Shown here: piece after piece, positions 48,670 to 57,444 of the stretch | Layout: each line of letters opens with the position of its first letter | Numbering within the stretch: position 1 is the stretch's first letter | Source of the DNA: Alphaproteobacteria bacterium | GTDB taxonomy: Bacteria; Pseudomonadota; Alphaproteobacteria; Puniceispirillales; Puniceispirillaceae | Assembly (NCBI GenBank): GCA_038125645.1 | Contig: JAYPEG010000007.1 | Location: 21-64,020, forward strand | Length of the DNA: 64,000 nt | Reading direction: 5' to 3' | Notes under the pieces: model-generated | The model's input: the letters and a program-made list of their open reading frames with translations, nothing else | Told to the model about the DNA's origin: nothing | The model's database searches: none | Made by a program: the position numbers and the translations under genes

Positions 48670-49821
48670 TCAGCGTGCCGGTGCTTTGTAAAAGCGGTGC
48701 GGGGCAAAGGGCATAGGCACCCGCTCCAGCGGCAGGCGGCGAGAGCGTACCTCGGCAAAGAGCGGCGTCTTTGCCGCCTCAAAGGCCTGTCCGATACGCA
48801 GCATGGCAACTGGCCGGCCCACTGTTGGCGCGGGCGAACCAGATGTAACAACCCCGATTTCATCCCCCCCCTCATCAGCATTGAATACAGGCATGCCACT
48901 GCGTGGCGGCACACCCTTTGGGGCCAGCACGCCAACACGGCACCAGGCAGAACCAGAGGCAAACTCCCCCAGCGTTACCGCATCACCGATAAAGCCGCCC
49001 GCGCGCCGGCCGCCGGTGCGTCTGATTTTTGGCACTGCCCAGCCCAGCCCGGCTGAGAGCACTGTGATATCCTCGTCCATATCCTGGCCATACAGACATA
49101 AACCGGCCTCTAGACGCAGACTGTCCCTTGCGATCAGTCCGGCAAGCTCTGTGCGGCTGTCAGCACAGAGATGGCGGGCAAAATCAGCGGCCCTGTCCTC
49201 TGGCAGACTGATTTCAAACCCGTCTTCGCCTGTATAGCCGGAACGCGATAGCTGTATATCGGTGCCGGTACTGCTGATATCGGCAATCTGCATGAACAGC
49301 ATGTCATGGCATTGCGGAACCAGCCCAGCGAGCACCCCGGCAGCCTGCGGCCCCTGCAATGCGAGCAAGGCGCGCTGCTGCCGGTGCATGGCAAAACCGC
49401 TGAGATGCTGCTGCAGCCATTCAAAATCACTGTCCGCACAGGCTGCATTGACAACCAGCCTGACCCGGTCAGGAAAATGCATCACCATCAGATCATCCCT
49501 GATGCCGCCGCGTTCATTCAGAAACAGGCTGTAACGCTGCTGGCCGGCCGGCAGGTCAATGAGATTGGACGGGCAGAGCGTTTCCAGAGCCGCCAGAACC
49601 GGCGCGGTGTCACCTGTATCGGTGCAGATATCGATCTGGCCCATATGAGACACATCAAAAAGGGCCGCCCGTTCACGGCAGGCCAGATGTTCCCTCAGGG
49701 CACCGGCCGGATAGGACAAAGGCATATCATAACCGGCAAAACCAGCCATCTTTGCGCCCATCTCAAGATGCAGGTTATGCAGACAGGTTTTTTTTAATCC
49801 AGATGCATGCAATGCTGTCAC
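48670..49821 (-). CDS. gcvT: Glycine cleavage system aminomethyltransferase T protein
   Basis: LKKTCLHNLHLEMGAKMAGFAGYDMPLSY N-terminus and overall GcvT pattern. The start is uncertain between GTG at 49821 and TTG at 49812. Confidence 0.9.
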   Translation of the reverse strand: MTALHASGLKKTCLHNLHLEMGAKMAGFAGYDMPLSYPAGALREHLACRERAALFDVSHMGQIDICTDTGDTAPVLAALETLCPSNLIDLPAGQQRYSLFLNERGGIRDDLMVMHFPDRVRLVVNAACADSDFEWLQQHLSGFAMHRQQRALLALQGPQAAGVLAGLVPQCHDMLFMQIADISSTGTDIQLSRSGYTGEDGFEISLPEDRAADFARHLCADSRTELAGLIARDSLRLEAGLCLYGQDMDEDITVLSAGLGWAVPKIRRTGGRRAGGFIGDAVTLGEFASGSAWCRVGVLAPKGVPPRSGMPVFNADEGGDEIGVVTSGSPAPTVGRPVAMLRIGQAFEAAKTPLFAEVRSRRLPLERVPMPFAPHRFYKAPAR

Positions 49822-49831
49822 CTTTAAAACA

Positions 49832-49861
49832 GTTTCCGGTAAAAAAGTTTCCGGTAAAAAA
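49832..49861. repeat. Tandem duplication, 15-bp unit GTTTCCGGTAAAAAA x2 (perfect), with a degenerate third copy following
   Basis: Units at 49832-49846 and 49847-49861. They lie 10-40 nt upstream of the gcvT start on the minus strand. Confidence 0.95.
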
Positions 49862-50071
49862 CAGTTCCGAGGCAACCCGTAGCCATGCCAGGACATGACT
49901 GTGTGCCCCTGTGCCTGTTTTCAACAGCCCCCAGTGTTAACGATTTCACAATAGCGATCAACCAGCTTTTCATCCTCTGGCAAAGCCTGTGGCAGATTTA
50001 CCTGTCAGTTGATTTGCTCTATAGCTGAACGGGGCCATTTTATTTCGGGAAAGCGGACAGAAAGAGGCAAG

Positions 50072-51136
50072 GTGAACAAGCAAGAGGCGCTGATTTTAGG
50101 CATTGAGAGCAGCTGTGATGAAACGGCAGCTGCGATTGTTGATTCGGCCCGTATCATCCGTGCCCAGCATATTGCCTCATCAGCTGCTGTTCATGCCGGA
50201 TTTGGCGGTGTGGTGCCTGAAATAGCCGCCCGCAAGCATCTCGACATGATAGAGAGCGTCATCACTGCGACGATGAATGAGGCAGATATAGATGCATCCC
50301 AGCTGGATGGAATCGCTGTGACCGGCGGGCCCGGCCTTGTCGGCGGGGTGCTGGTCGGCACCATGACAGCCAAAGCAATGGCATCAGTCCTGAAAATCCC
50401 GTTCTTTGCCATTAACCATCTTGAGGGGCATGCCCTGACAGCCAGGCTGACAGATAATCTGGATTTCCCTTATCTGTTATTGCTGGTCTCTGGCGGGCAT
50501 ACCCAGCTTTTGGCTGTTTATGGCCCCGGGCGCTATCAGCGTCTGGGCACAAGCATGGATGATGCCGCAGGCGAGGCCTTTGACAAAGGGGCTAAGGTCA
50601 TCGGCCTTGGCTATCCGGGCGGGCCTGCGATTGAAAAAGCGGCACAGAGCGGCAATCCAGAGGCCGTGTCACTGCCGCGCCCGCGCCGCGGGGCTGATGA
50701 TTGTCATTTTTCATTTTCCGGACTGAAAACAGCTGTGGCCCAGAAATGGCAACAGGCAGAAGAAAGCGGCACAGCCTGTCAGGCTGATTTTGCAGCCAGC
50801 CTGCAGCACGCGATCGCAGACTGCCTGATTGACCGGACAGGCCGGGCAATGGATATTTTTGCAGCTGAGACCAGCTGCCGGCAGCTGGTGATAGCGGGTG
50901 GTGTGGCGGCAAACAGGGAAATTGGACGCCGCCTCGCGGCATTGGCAGATAAAAGAGGGTTTTCGCTGACCATCCCGCCTGCCCGCCTGTGCACGGATAA
51001 CGGGGCGATGATTGCCTGGGCCGGACAGGAATATCTGGCGCTGGGACAGCCTGATAGCCTGGATTTTGCCCCCCGGCCGCGCTGGCCATTGGATAGTGCC
51101 GCCAGCCCGCCGCCCGGGCGCGGTGTCCGGCCCTGA
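50072..51136 (+). CDS. tsaD: tRNA N6-adenosine threonylcarbamoyltransferase
   Basis: ILGIESSCDETAAAIV and LLLVSGGHTQLL motifs. GTG start at 50072 after AGAGG. Confidence 0.92.
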   Translation: MNKQEALILGIESSCDETAAAIVDSARIIRAQHIASSAAVHAGFGGVVPEIAARKHLDMIESVITATMNEADIDASQLDGIAVTGGPGLVGGVLVGTMTAKAMASVLKIPFFAINHLEGHALTARLTDNLDFPYLLLLVSGGHTQLLAVYGPGRYQRLGTSMDDAAGEAFDKGAKVIGLGYPGGPAIEKAAQSGNPEAVSLPRPRRGADDCHFSFSGLKTAVAQKWQQAEESGTACQADFAASLQHAIADCLIDRTGRAMDIFAAETSCRQLVIAGGVAANREIGRRLAALADKRGFSLTIPPARLCTDNGAMIAWAGQEYLALGQPDSLDFAPRPRWPLDSAASPPPGRGVRP

Positions 51137-51223
51137 GCCGCTGCTGTATCCAGGCAGGCTGTTGAACCGCTGTCCGTATGCAGTGATAAATCTCTGGTCT
51201 TCACCATATCAGCTTCTATAATC

Positions 51224-52213
51224 ATGACTATGAGCACGGGCAGAAACATCATTGTTATCGGCGGCGGCAGTTGGGGGGCGGCCCTTGCCCATCAGCTGCG
51301 CATGGACAGGCGCGTGCACTGCCGGATTCTGGCACGCAGCGCACAGACAAAGGAACGGCTGGAGGCAGGAATCATTGCCCAGCTGCCGGAAATCACAGGT
51401 ATTGAGCCCTTTGAGGTAACAACTGACAATGGCTGTCTCTGCGAGGCAGATATTATCTATCTGGTGATCCCGGTCAGCGGCCATGCAACCATGCTGGCAC
51501 AGATTTCAGAGATGACAGCAACAAACATTCCTGTTGTGCTCTGTGCAAAGGGGCTGGTAGCTGATGAACAAAGAGGTGGGGTTTTCCTGCATGAATATAT
51601 AGAAGCTGTCTGTCCCGGACGTCCCTTCGGCGTCCTCAGCGGCCCGTCATTTGCAGATGAGGTATTAAAGGGGCTGCCGACAGCCCTGCTGGCCGCCAGC
51701 ACCAGCCCGCAGCTTGCCGCAGGGATATCAGAACAATTCACCGCCAGCCAGCTGCGCCTTTATAAAGGGGGCGATTGCGCCGGGGCGGCTATCGGCGGGG
51801 CGGTAAAAAATGTCATGGCTATTGCTGCTGGGATCTGTACCGGCCAGCAGCTGGGCGACAATGCGCGCGCCGGGCTGATAACACGCGGCCTTGCCGAAAT
51901 CAGCAGGCTGGCAGAAAGACTGGGCGCCGCCCGCCAGACAATTTCAGGACTGGCCGGTCTCGGCGATTTAATTTTGTCCTGCAACAGTGACCATTCACGC
52001 AATATGGCCTATGGGCTGGCGCTCGGGGCCGGACAGCCGGTTGCCGACAGGCTGGCAGAGGGGCGCCATTCTGCCGGCCATCTGGCAGCGCGGGCTGTGT
52101 ATGAACAGGTGGAAATGCCCATTTGCGCAGCGGTTGATCAGATCGTCAATCATGGCGCCCCGATAGGGGCAACTATTGCCGGGCTGCTGGCGCGCCATGC
52201 GGGCACAGAATAA
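51224..52213 (+). CDS. gpsA: NAD(P)H-dependent glycerol-3-phosphate dehydrogenase
   Basis: IIVIGGGSWGAALA and GAVKNVMAIAAG motifs. Confidence 0.9.
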   Translation: MTMSTGRNIIVIGGGSWGAALAHQLRMDRRVHCRILARSAQTKERLEAGIIAQLPEITGIEPFEVTTDNGCLCEADIIYLVIPVSGHATMLAQISEMTATNIPVVLCAKGLVADEQRGGVFLHEYIEAVCPGRPFGVLSGPSFADEVLKGLPTALLAASTSPQLAAGISEQFTASQLRLYKGGDCAGAAIGGAVKNVMAIAAGICTGQQLGDNARAGLITRGLAEISRLAERLGAARQTISGLAGLGDLILSCNSDHSRNMAYGLALGAGQPVADRLAEGRHSAGHLAARAVYEQVEMPICAAVDQIVNHGAPIGATIAGLLARHAGTE

Positions 52214-52246
52214 TACTGAACGCTTAAGGAATAAAGGAGCACGGCC

Positions 52247-52666
52247 ATGGCTTATTGGTTGTTTAAATCAGAACCCGGAACATGGTCCTGGCAGGATCAG
52301 CTGGCAAAAGGAGAGACAGGCGAGGGCTGGGACGGGGTGCGGAATCATCAGGCCGGAAATAATATGAAAGCGATGAAAATCGGTGATCTGGGATTCTTTT
52401 ATCACTCTGTATCTGAAAAACAGATTGTCGGCATTGTTGATGTTATTGAGACATGGCACCCTGATCCAACTGACGCTTCAGGCCGGTTCGGGATGGTCAC
52501 ATTAAGAGCAGTGAAATCGATGAAACAGCCCGTGTCACTGGCACAAATCAAGGCAGAGCCGGCTTTGGGCGATTTGGCCCTTGTCAGGCAGTCCAGATTA
52601 TCTGTGGTGCCGGTCGGGGCTGATGAATGGGCCCTGATTCTGAAAATGGGGGCAACAAGCCTGTAA
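52247..52666 (+). CDS. EVE (PUA-like) domain protein
   Basis: MAYWLFKSEPGTWSW...GVRNHQAGNNMKAMKIGDLGFFYHS is a canonical EVE-domain start. Confidence 0.85.
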   Translation: MAYWLFKSEPGTWSWQDQLAKGETGEGWDGVRNHQAGNNMKAMKIGDLGFFYHSVSEKQIVGIVDVIETWHPDPTDASGRFGMVTLRAVKSMKQPVSLAQIKAEPALGDLALVRQSRLSVVPVGADEWALILKMGATSL

Positions 52667-52671
52667 GGGCC

Positions 52672-53040
52672 CTATCCCCCAGCACGTCTTTCCCTGAAAA
52701 TCAGATAAAGATTACGCAGATAGATAAACAGGCCCAGCCCCTGTCCGCAGATAATCACCGGATCCTTGCGCCAAAGCGCATATAAAAACAAAACCAGACC
52801 GCCGCCAATGGAAAAATACCAGAAGGCCAGCGGTATTACGGATTTTCCTGCCCCTTCTGATTTCAGCCATTGAATGATAAAACGCATGGCAAACAGCCCC
52901 TGACCGGCAAATCCGATAATGATCATCAGCGCTTCTGGCTGGCTGGCAAGGGAAACAGGCAGAAACGGGAATATTGTGACCAGCAGATTGCCCAGAAACA
53001 ATGCAGCACTGCCAATAATGTCCGATAGAAAATCAAGCAT
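52672..53040 (-). CDS. Lipid-A-disaccharide synthase N-terminal domain (LAB_N) small membrane protein
   Basis: 122 aa. FAMRFIIQWLKSE...IPLAFWYFSIGGGLVLFLYALWRKDPV pattern. Confidence 0.8.
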   Translation of the reverse strand: MLDFLSDIIGSAALFLGNLLVTIFPFLPVSLASQPEALMIIIGFAGQGLFAMRFIIQWLKSEGAGKSVIPLAFWYFSIGGGLVLFLYALWRKDPVIICGQGLGLFIYLRNLYLIFRERRAGG

Positions 53041-53044
53041 GATG

Positions 53045-53887
53045 TCAGACGGCCCTCTTTTTACTGGCCATGTTTTTACTGGCTATTTTTTTACTGGCCG
53101 GCCCCGTTTTTGCCCGGGCCATTTCATGTTTCTGTCCGCCTGGGGCGGCTGCGATCTCGCTGACCATGCCTGTCTCAGGCATCCGGCGCAGCAGCCATAT
53201 TACGCCCAGCAGATCAGAAATCCCGACAATCAGGCGATCAAGAATGCCATATTTTGACTGGCCGCGCCGGCGCTGGCGATGGCCAACAGGCACAGCCAGC
53301 ACCACCCCGCCCTCACGCCTGACAAGGGTCGGCATGAACCGGTGCATATGATTGAAAAAGGGAAGCTGTAAAAACACGTCACGGTCAATAATTTTAATCC
53401 CGCATCCACTGTCCGGGTGATCATCACCGAGCAGTCGGCGGCGCAGCCATCTGGCAACAGCAGAGGCCTGACGGCGCACCGCACTGTCCTTTCGCGTTAC
53501 GCGCACACCGCCAGCCATGCCAACAGCCGGACGCTGGCTGACAAGGGCCTGTTCCAGAGCCGGAAGATCGGCCGGAATATTTTGCCCGTCACCATCAAGA
53601 ACCGCAACAAGCGGGGCCCTGGCACGCTGGAGGGCTGTGCGTACCGCGGCCGACTGGCCAGACCGGAACTGATGATGGCATACACGCAATTGGGCAATAT
53701 CAGCACAGGCCTGCGCCAATTCCTGTGCGGTATTATCCGTGCTGGCATCATTGACATAGATAATCTCAAATGGCCTGTTTTTATAAACAGCCACTATCTC
53801 ATCAATCAGCGGGCGGATGTTTCCCTGTTCATTCATCACGGGTACAAGAACCGAGATTTCAGGGATTTGACTGTCTTTTGCGGCCAT
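53045..53887 (-). CDS. Family 2 glycosyltransferase (polyprenyl-phosphate sugar synthase, ArnC/DPM1-like) with a lysine-rich repeated C-terminal tail
   Basis: ISVLVPVMNE..IIYVNDASTDNT and VLDGDGQN motifs. The C-terminus PASKKIASKNMASKKRAV is encoded by a 15-bp tandem repeat. Confidence 0.85.
   Translation of the reverse strand: MAAKDSQIPEISVLVPVMNEQGNIRPLIDEIVAVYKNRPFEIIYVNDASTDNTAQELAQACADIAQLRVCHHQFRSGQSAAVRTALQRARAPLVAVLDGDGQNIPADLPALEQALVSQRPAVGMAGGVRVTRKDSAVRRQASAVARWLRRRLLGDDHPDSGCGIKIIDRDVFLQLPFFNHMHRFMPTLVRREGGVVLAVPVGHRQRRRGQSKYGILDRLIVGISDLLGVIWLLRRMPETGMVSEIAAAPGGQKHEMARAKTGPASKKIASKNMASKKRAV
53058..53102. repeat. In-frame 15-bp tandem repeat x3 (core TTTTTACTGGCC) inside the 3' end of the GT2 gene
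   Basis: Cores at 53058-53069, 53073-53084 and 53088-53099. On the minus strand they encode ASKK(I)/ASKN(M)/ASKK(R). Confidence 0.9.
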
Positions 53888-53966
53888 GAGACTGTTTCAG
53901 CTACCTTCAAGTAAAGAGTATGGATGTGATAACACAGCTTTTGACGCTTTGCTATAACGGCGAGGC

Positions 53967-53994
53967 CGGCCCGGGTCAATCGGCCCGGGTCAGT
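53967..53994. repeat. Tandem duplication, 14-bp unit CGGCCCGGGTCAAT x2 (13/14)
   Basis: Units at 53967-53980 and 53981-53994, in the GT39 / GT2 intergenic spacer. Confidence 0.9.
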
Positions 53995-54057
53995 CCGACT
54001 GGGGTTTAACACATGTTCATCAAACAGGGCCGGACGGACGGGGCAGATCAGCCAGAC

Positions 54058-55815
54058 CTATTTAGCCGGGGCCGCGCGCGGGCGGTGCTGGTAGAAATTG
54101 AGCGTCACCGGGCGGCCGCGTGACAGATTCAGCCCGCTCACCCGGTCAGTCAGGATCAGCTGCAGTCCCAGTCTGTCTGTCAGCGCGCTGAATTCTCTTT
54201 CATGGCGGGCCTCAACCACTGCCAGCCCGTCTGCGGCCTCTGCCATGAACAGGGCCGCTTCCTCAGCCGGCAATAGCAGAATATCCTGGCCCAGATGAAA
54301 CACTGCTGAGGGCTCGTGATAGCCAACAAGCGCGATGGGGGCCGGGCGGTCGGCCAGTGCTTTGATATGGGCCGCCAGCCGGCCGGCAATATGAACATTG
54401 CCAAGATTGGCAAAGACAGCTGTTATCACCAGCAGATGCACAGCAATGCCCGCACCGGTTATGAGCAGAAGATCAGCAATATGCCGCACCTGCCGCCAGT
54501 GCCATAATCGCCAGATAATCAACATGCTGAACAAGCCTGCAGCCGCAGCCCCCAGCGCAGCCTGTCCCCCTGTATGCCCCCCATAACGCGCCGCCAGCCA
54601 GAAACACAGACCCGTCAGACACACCCCCCACAGGGCTGTGATGACATAAAGCATGTCGCTGACAAACAGCTGCCAGCGCCGCGGGGTGGGCAGCGCAGCA
54701 AACAGGGACTGGGCCACCAACAATGCCAGCGCAGGAAGAACCGGCAGAATATAATGGGGCAGTTTTGTCGGCACCAGCTCTATCACCAGCCAGTAGCCCG
54801 CCAGCCAGGCAAGACAGAACCGCCCCTGATCTGTGCCGGCGAGCCGGCGCCCCTGCCAGAATAAAAATCCGGCAAAGGCAAGGCCGGGCCAGAACAGCAC
54901 TGCCAAAAGGACAGAATAGGTGCCAAAGGGCGCGCCGTGAGATTCCTGACCCTGTTTGATTTTTGACAGAAAATCCCCCTGTATCGCTATACCAAGAAAC
55001 GCCCCGTCTGTTGCCATTGAGACAGCAATCACCCAGGGCAGGACAATAACCGCGACAAGGACGAGTCCGCGCCCGGCACAAAGGCGCCGCAACCAGCACA
55101 GGCGCCGCTCTGCCAGCGTCAGCCCGGCAATGGTGGTCAGCCCGACCAGCGGGGCTATCGGCCCTTTCAGCAGAATGCCAAGTCCCATCATGACCCAGAA
55201 ACCAATATAGTGACGCGGGCCGGTATCAGCGTTGCGGGCAGAATAAATCAGCCATAAAAATAACTGCTGGGCGATGATGACGGCCAAAAGCACTGAATCT
55301 GTCTTTGCCAGATGGGCTTCTGCCAGCACCACAGGCGAGGCGGCAAGCAACAGCATTGCCAGAACCGGCAGATGCGGCACATCCCCGCAGGGCGGCCACA
55401 GACGACGGGCAAACAGGCCGGTCAGAAACAAGGAAACCACCATTCCCAGAACAGAAGGCAAGCGATAGCTGGCAATATCCATATGACCGGCAACAGCAGC
55501 AGAAGCAGATTGCAGCCAGTAAATACCCACAGGTTTTTTGGCCCGCAAATCATCCATGAAACGCGGCGTGATAAAATCCCCGCTGAGCAGCATTTGTTTT
55601 GAGGCCTGGGCAAAACGTGCCTCGTCACGGTCGATAACCTCAAGGCTGTGATGACCCGCCAGCACTGCCAGCACAATAACGGCAATAAATGAAGGGACAA
55701 ACCAACGCTTGCCGATCAGTGCACTGAGCCGGTTCTGCCAGGCCATGGGGCCGTTTTCGTGAGATGGGTTCATAGGCGGACAGCGCGATATTACCAGATG
55801 GTTTTCATTCTGCAC
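54058..55815 (-). CDS. Glycosyltransferase family 39/83 (ArnT-like) integral membrane protein
   Basis: 585-aa polytopic ORF. DEARFAQASKQM...RFMDDLRAKKPVGIYWLQ is typical of ArnT-like enzymes. The start is uncertain: GTG at 55815, or ATG at 55773 or 55746. Confidence 0.8.
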   Translation of the reverse strand: MQNENHLVISRCPPMNPSHENGPMAWQNRLSALIGKRWFVPSFIAVIVLAVLAGHHSLEVIDRDEARFAQASKQMLLSGDFITPRFMDDLRAKKPVGIYWLQSASAAVAGHMDIASYRLPSVLGMVVSLFLTGLFARRLWPPCGDVPHLPVLAMLLLAASPVVLAEAHLAKTDSVLLAVIIAQQLFLWLIYSARNADTGPRHYIGFWVMMGLGILLKGPIAPLVGLTTIAGLTLAERRLCWLRRLCAGRGLVLVAVIVLPWVIAVSMATDGAFLGIAIQGDFLSKIKQGQESHGAPFGTYSVLLAVLFWPGLAFAGFLFWQGRRLAGTDQGRFCLAWLAGYWLVIELVPTKLPHYILPVLPALALLVAQSLFAALPTPRRWQLFVSDMLYVITALWGVCLTGLCFWLAARYGGHTGGQAALGAAAAGLFSMLIIWRLWHWRQVRHIADLLLITGAGIAVHLLVITAVFANLGNVHIAGRLAAHIKALADRPAPIALVGYHEPSAVFHLGQDILLLPAEEAALFMAEAADGLAVVEARHEREFSALTDRLGLQLILTDRVSGLNLSRGRPVTLNFYQHRPRAAPAK

Positions 55816-56034
55816 AGATTAACAAATGGCAGGATGAGCACAGATTAACGCCCCCAGCCTATAGGAAATCAGGGTTCGGTTCCAGTCATCTCTTGACGGC
55901 CGCTGTCCCATAGTGCCACCGCCGTTAAAGCAGACAAAAAAATAGGCATTGGCGAAAGAAGCGCGGTGGCGTAAAAGCAAATGGTTAGAGACAGCCGCTG
56001 CTGATAACAGCAGGGCAAATAAGGGCCCCTTTTA

Positions 56035-57405
56035 ATGTATTTTTCATCTGCTGACAGTGTTCAGACCAGCTATCGGCATATCTGGAAACTGTCCTGGCCG
56101 GTAATGGTCTCCAATATGTCGCTCCCCCTAGTCGGTGCTGTGGATGTGGCCATGATGGGGCATCTGCCCGATGCGGCCTATGTAGCTGGTGTGGCACTTG
56201 GCGGACTGATTTTCAATCTTGTCTATCTGAGCTTTGCCTTTTTGCGGATGGGCACCACCGGCTTTACTGCACGGGCCGCAGGGGCACAGCAGAATGATGA
56301 AATCAGCCTGATTTTTATCCGCAGCCAGCTCTTGGCAATTGCTGGCAGTCTCATTGTGATTCTCGCAGCCCCCCTGCTTATTCCCCTCGCAGCGGGCTGG
56401 TTCGCCTCATCGCCTGAGGCTGGCATTTATATGCAGGCCTATCTTGATATCAGGCTCTGGGGTCTGCCGGCCACACTTGCCAATGCCGTCACGATTGGCT
56501 GGCTGTTCGGTTTGCAGGCGATGCGCCTCTGCATGCTCCAGCTTGTGTTCATCAATCTGCTGAATGTTGGCCTTAATTTTTATTTCGTGCTGGGCATGGG
56601 GATGAAGATAGAGGGGGTGGCCCTTGCATCTGCGGTTGCAGAATGGGCCGGGTTTGGACTGATTTTGAGCATTATCCTGTTACAGCCCAAGCGTCTGCCC
56701 CTGAAGCTGGGCGGACAAAACCATAAGCAGCTGTTTGACAAGAGGCGCTGGCGGGCCCTGTTCAGCATTGCGCGCGATCTCAGCCTGCGCACCCTTTTAT
56801 TATGGGGAATAGAGGCGCTGCTTCTGGCCCGTGCAGGTATATATGGTGACAATCAGCTGGCCGCGATCGAAATTGTGCTGGTGCTGTTTGGTTTTATTGC
56901 CTTTGGCCTTGACGGCTTTGCCCATGCAACAGAGGCCCTTGCGGGGGCCGCTATCGGTGCAGGACAAAGACAGCAGCTGATAACAGTCATCAGGCGCACA
57001 ACAGTACTGGCCGGACTGACCGCAGCCGCGCTCAGCTGTATTTTATATCTGTTTGAGGGCCTGATTATCCTTGCCCTGACCAGCCAGCCTGAATTACAGC
57101 GGCTGGTCGCGGATTTGTGGCTGTGGTGTCTGTTCATTCCGCCTGCATCTTTTCTTGCCTTTCAGATGGACGGTGTTTTTGTCGGGGCGGGCAGTGCCGG
57201 ACATATGCGAAATGGTATGCTGGTGTCATTCGCGCTGTTTGCCGGGCTCGTTTATATTTTTCAGGGCGCTGGTCTTGACGGGCTGTTATGGGCCTTTAAT
57301 CTCTATCTGATTTTCCGTGGCCTGTATTTATTTGTGTTTCTGTCTGCCGTGACTGCACTTGGCAGTCCCCCGCAGCCGCCGCAGAGCGGGCATCAGACAA
57401 AATAG
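56035..57405 (+). CDS. MATE family efflux transporter (DinF-like)
   Basis: 12 TM segments. N-terminus YRHIWKLSWPVMVSNMSLPLVGAVD is typical of MATE. Confidence 0.88.
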   Translation: MYFSSADSVQTSYRHIWKLSWPVMVSNMSLPLVGAVDVAMMGHLPDAAYVAGVALGGLIFNLVYLSFAFLRMGTTGFTARAAGAQQNDEISLIFIRSQLLAIAGSLIVILAAPLLIPLAAGWFASSPEAGIYMQAYLDIRLWGLPATLANAVTIGWLFGLQAMRLCMLQLVFINLLNVGLNFYFVLGMGMKIEGVALASAVAEWAGFGLILSIILLQPKRLPLKLGGQNHKQLFDKRRWRALFSIARDLSLRTLLLWGIEALLLARAGIYGDNQLAAIEIVLVLFGFIAFGLDGFAHATEALAGAAIGAGQRQQLITVIRRTTVLAGLTAAALSCILYLFEGLIILALTSQPELQRLVADLWLWCLFIPPASFLAFQMDGVFVGAGSAGHMRNGMLVSFALFAGLVYIFQGAGLDGLLWAFNLYLIFRGLYLFVFLSAVTALGSPPQPPQSGHQTK

Positions 57406-57444
57406 ACAGGGGCACAGAGCTATGTATTTCAGGGGATAACAGAT

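Noticed and set aside
48261-48962. 233-aa version of the gcvH ORF.
   Set aside because: The N-terminal 113 residues overlap the 3' end of gcvT in another frame and look like junk. The canonical 120-aa GcvH starts at MLKYTQDHEW (48623).
49822-50071. Glycine riboswitch upstream of gcvT.
   Set aside because: It is expected from family knowledge, but I could not find the conserved GGAGAG / ACCGAAGGGGCAA / CUCAGGCAAAAGGAC elements on the minus strand. It needs a covariance-model scan before being claimed or finally excluded.
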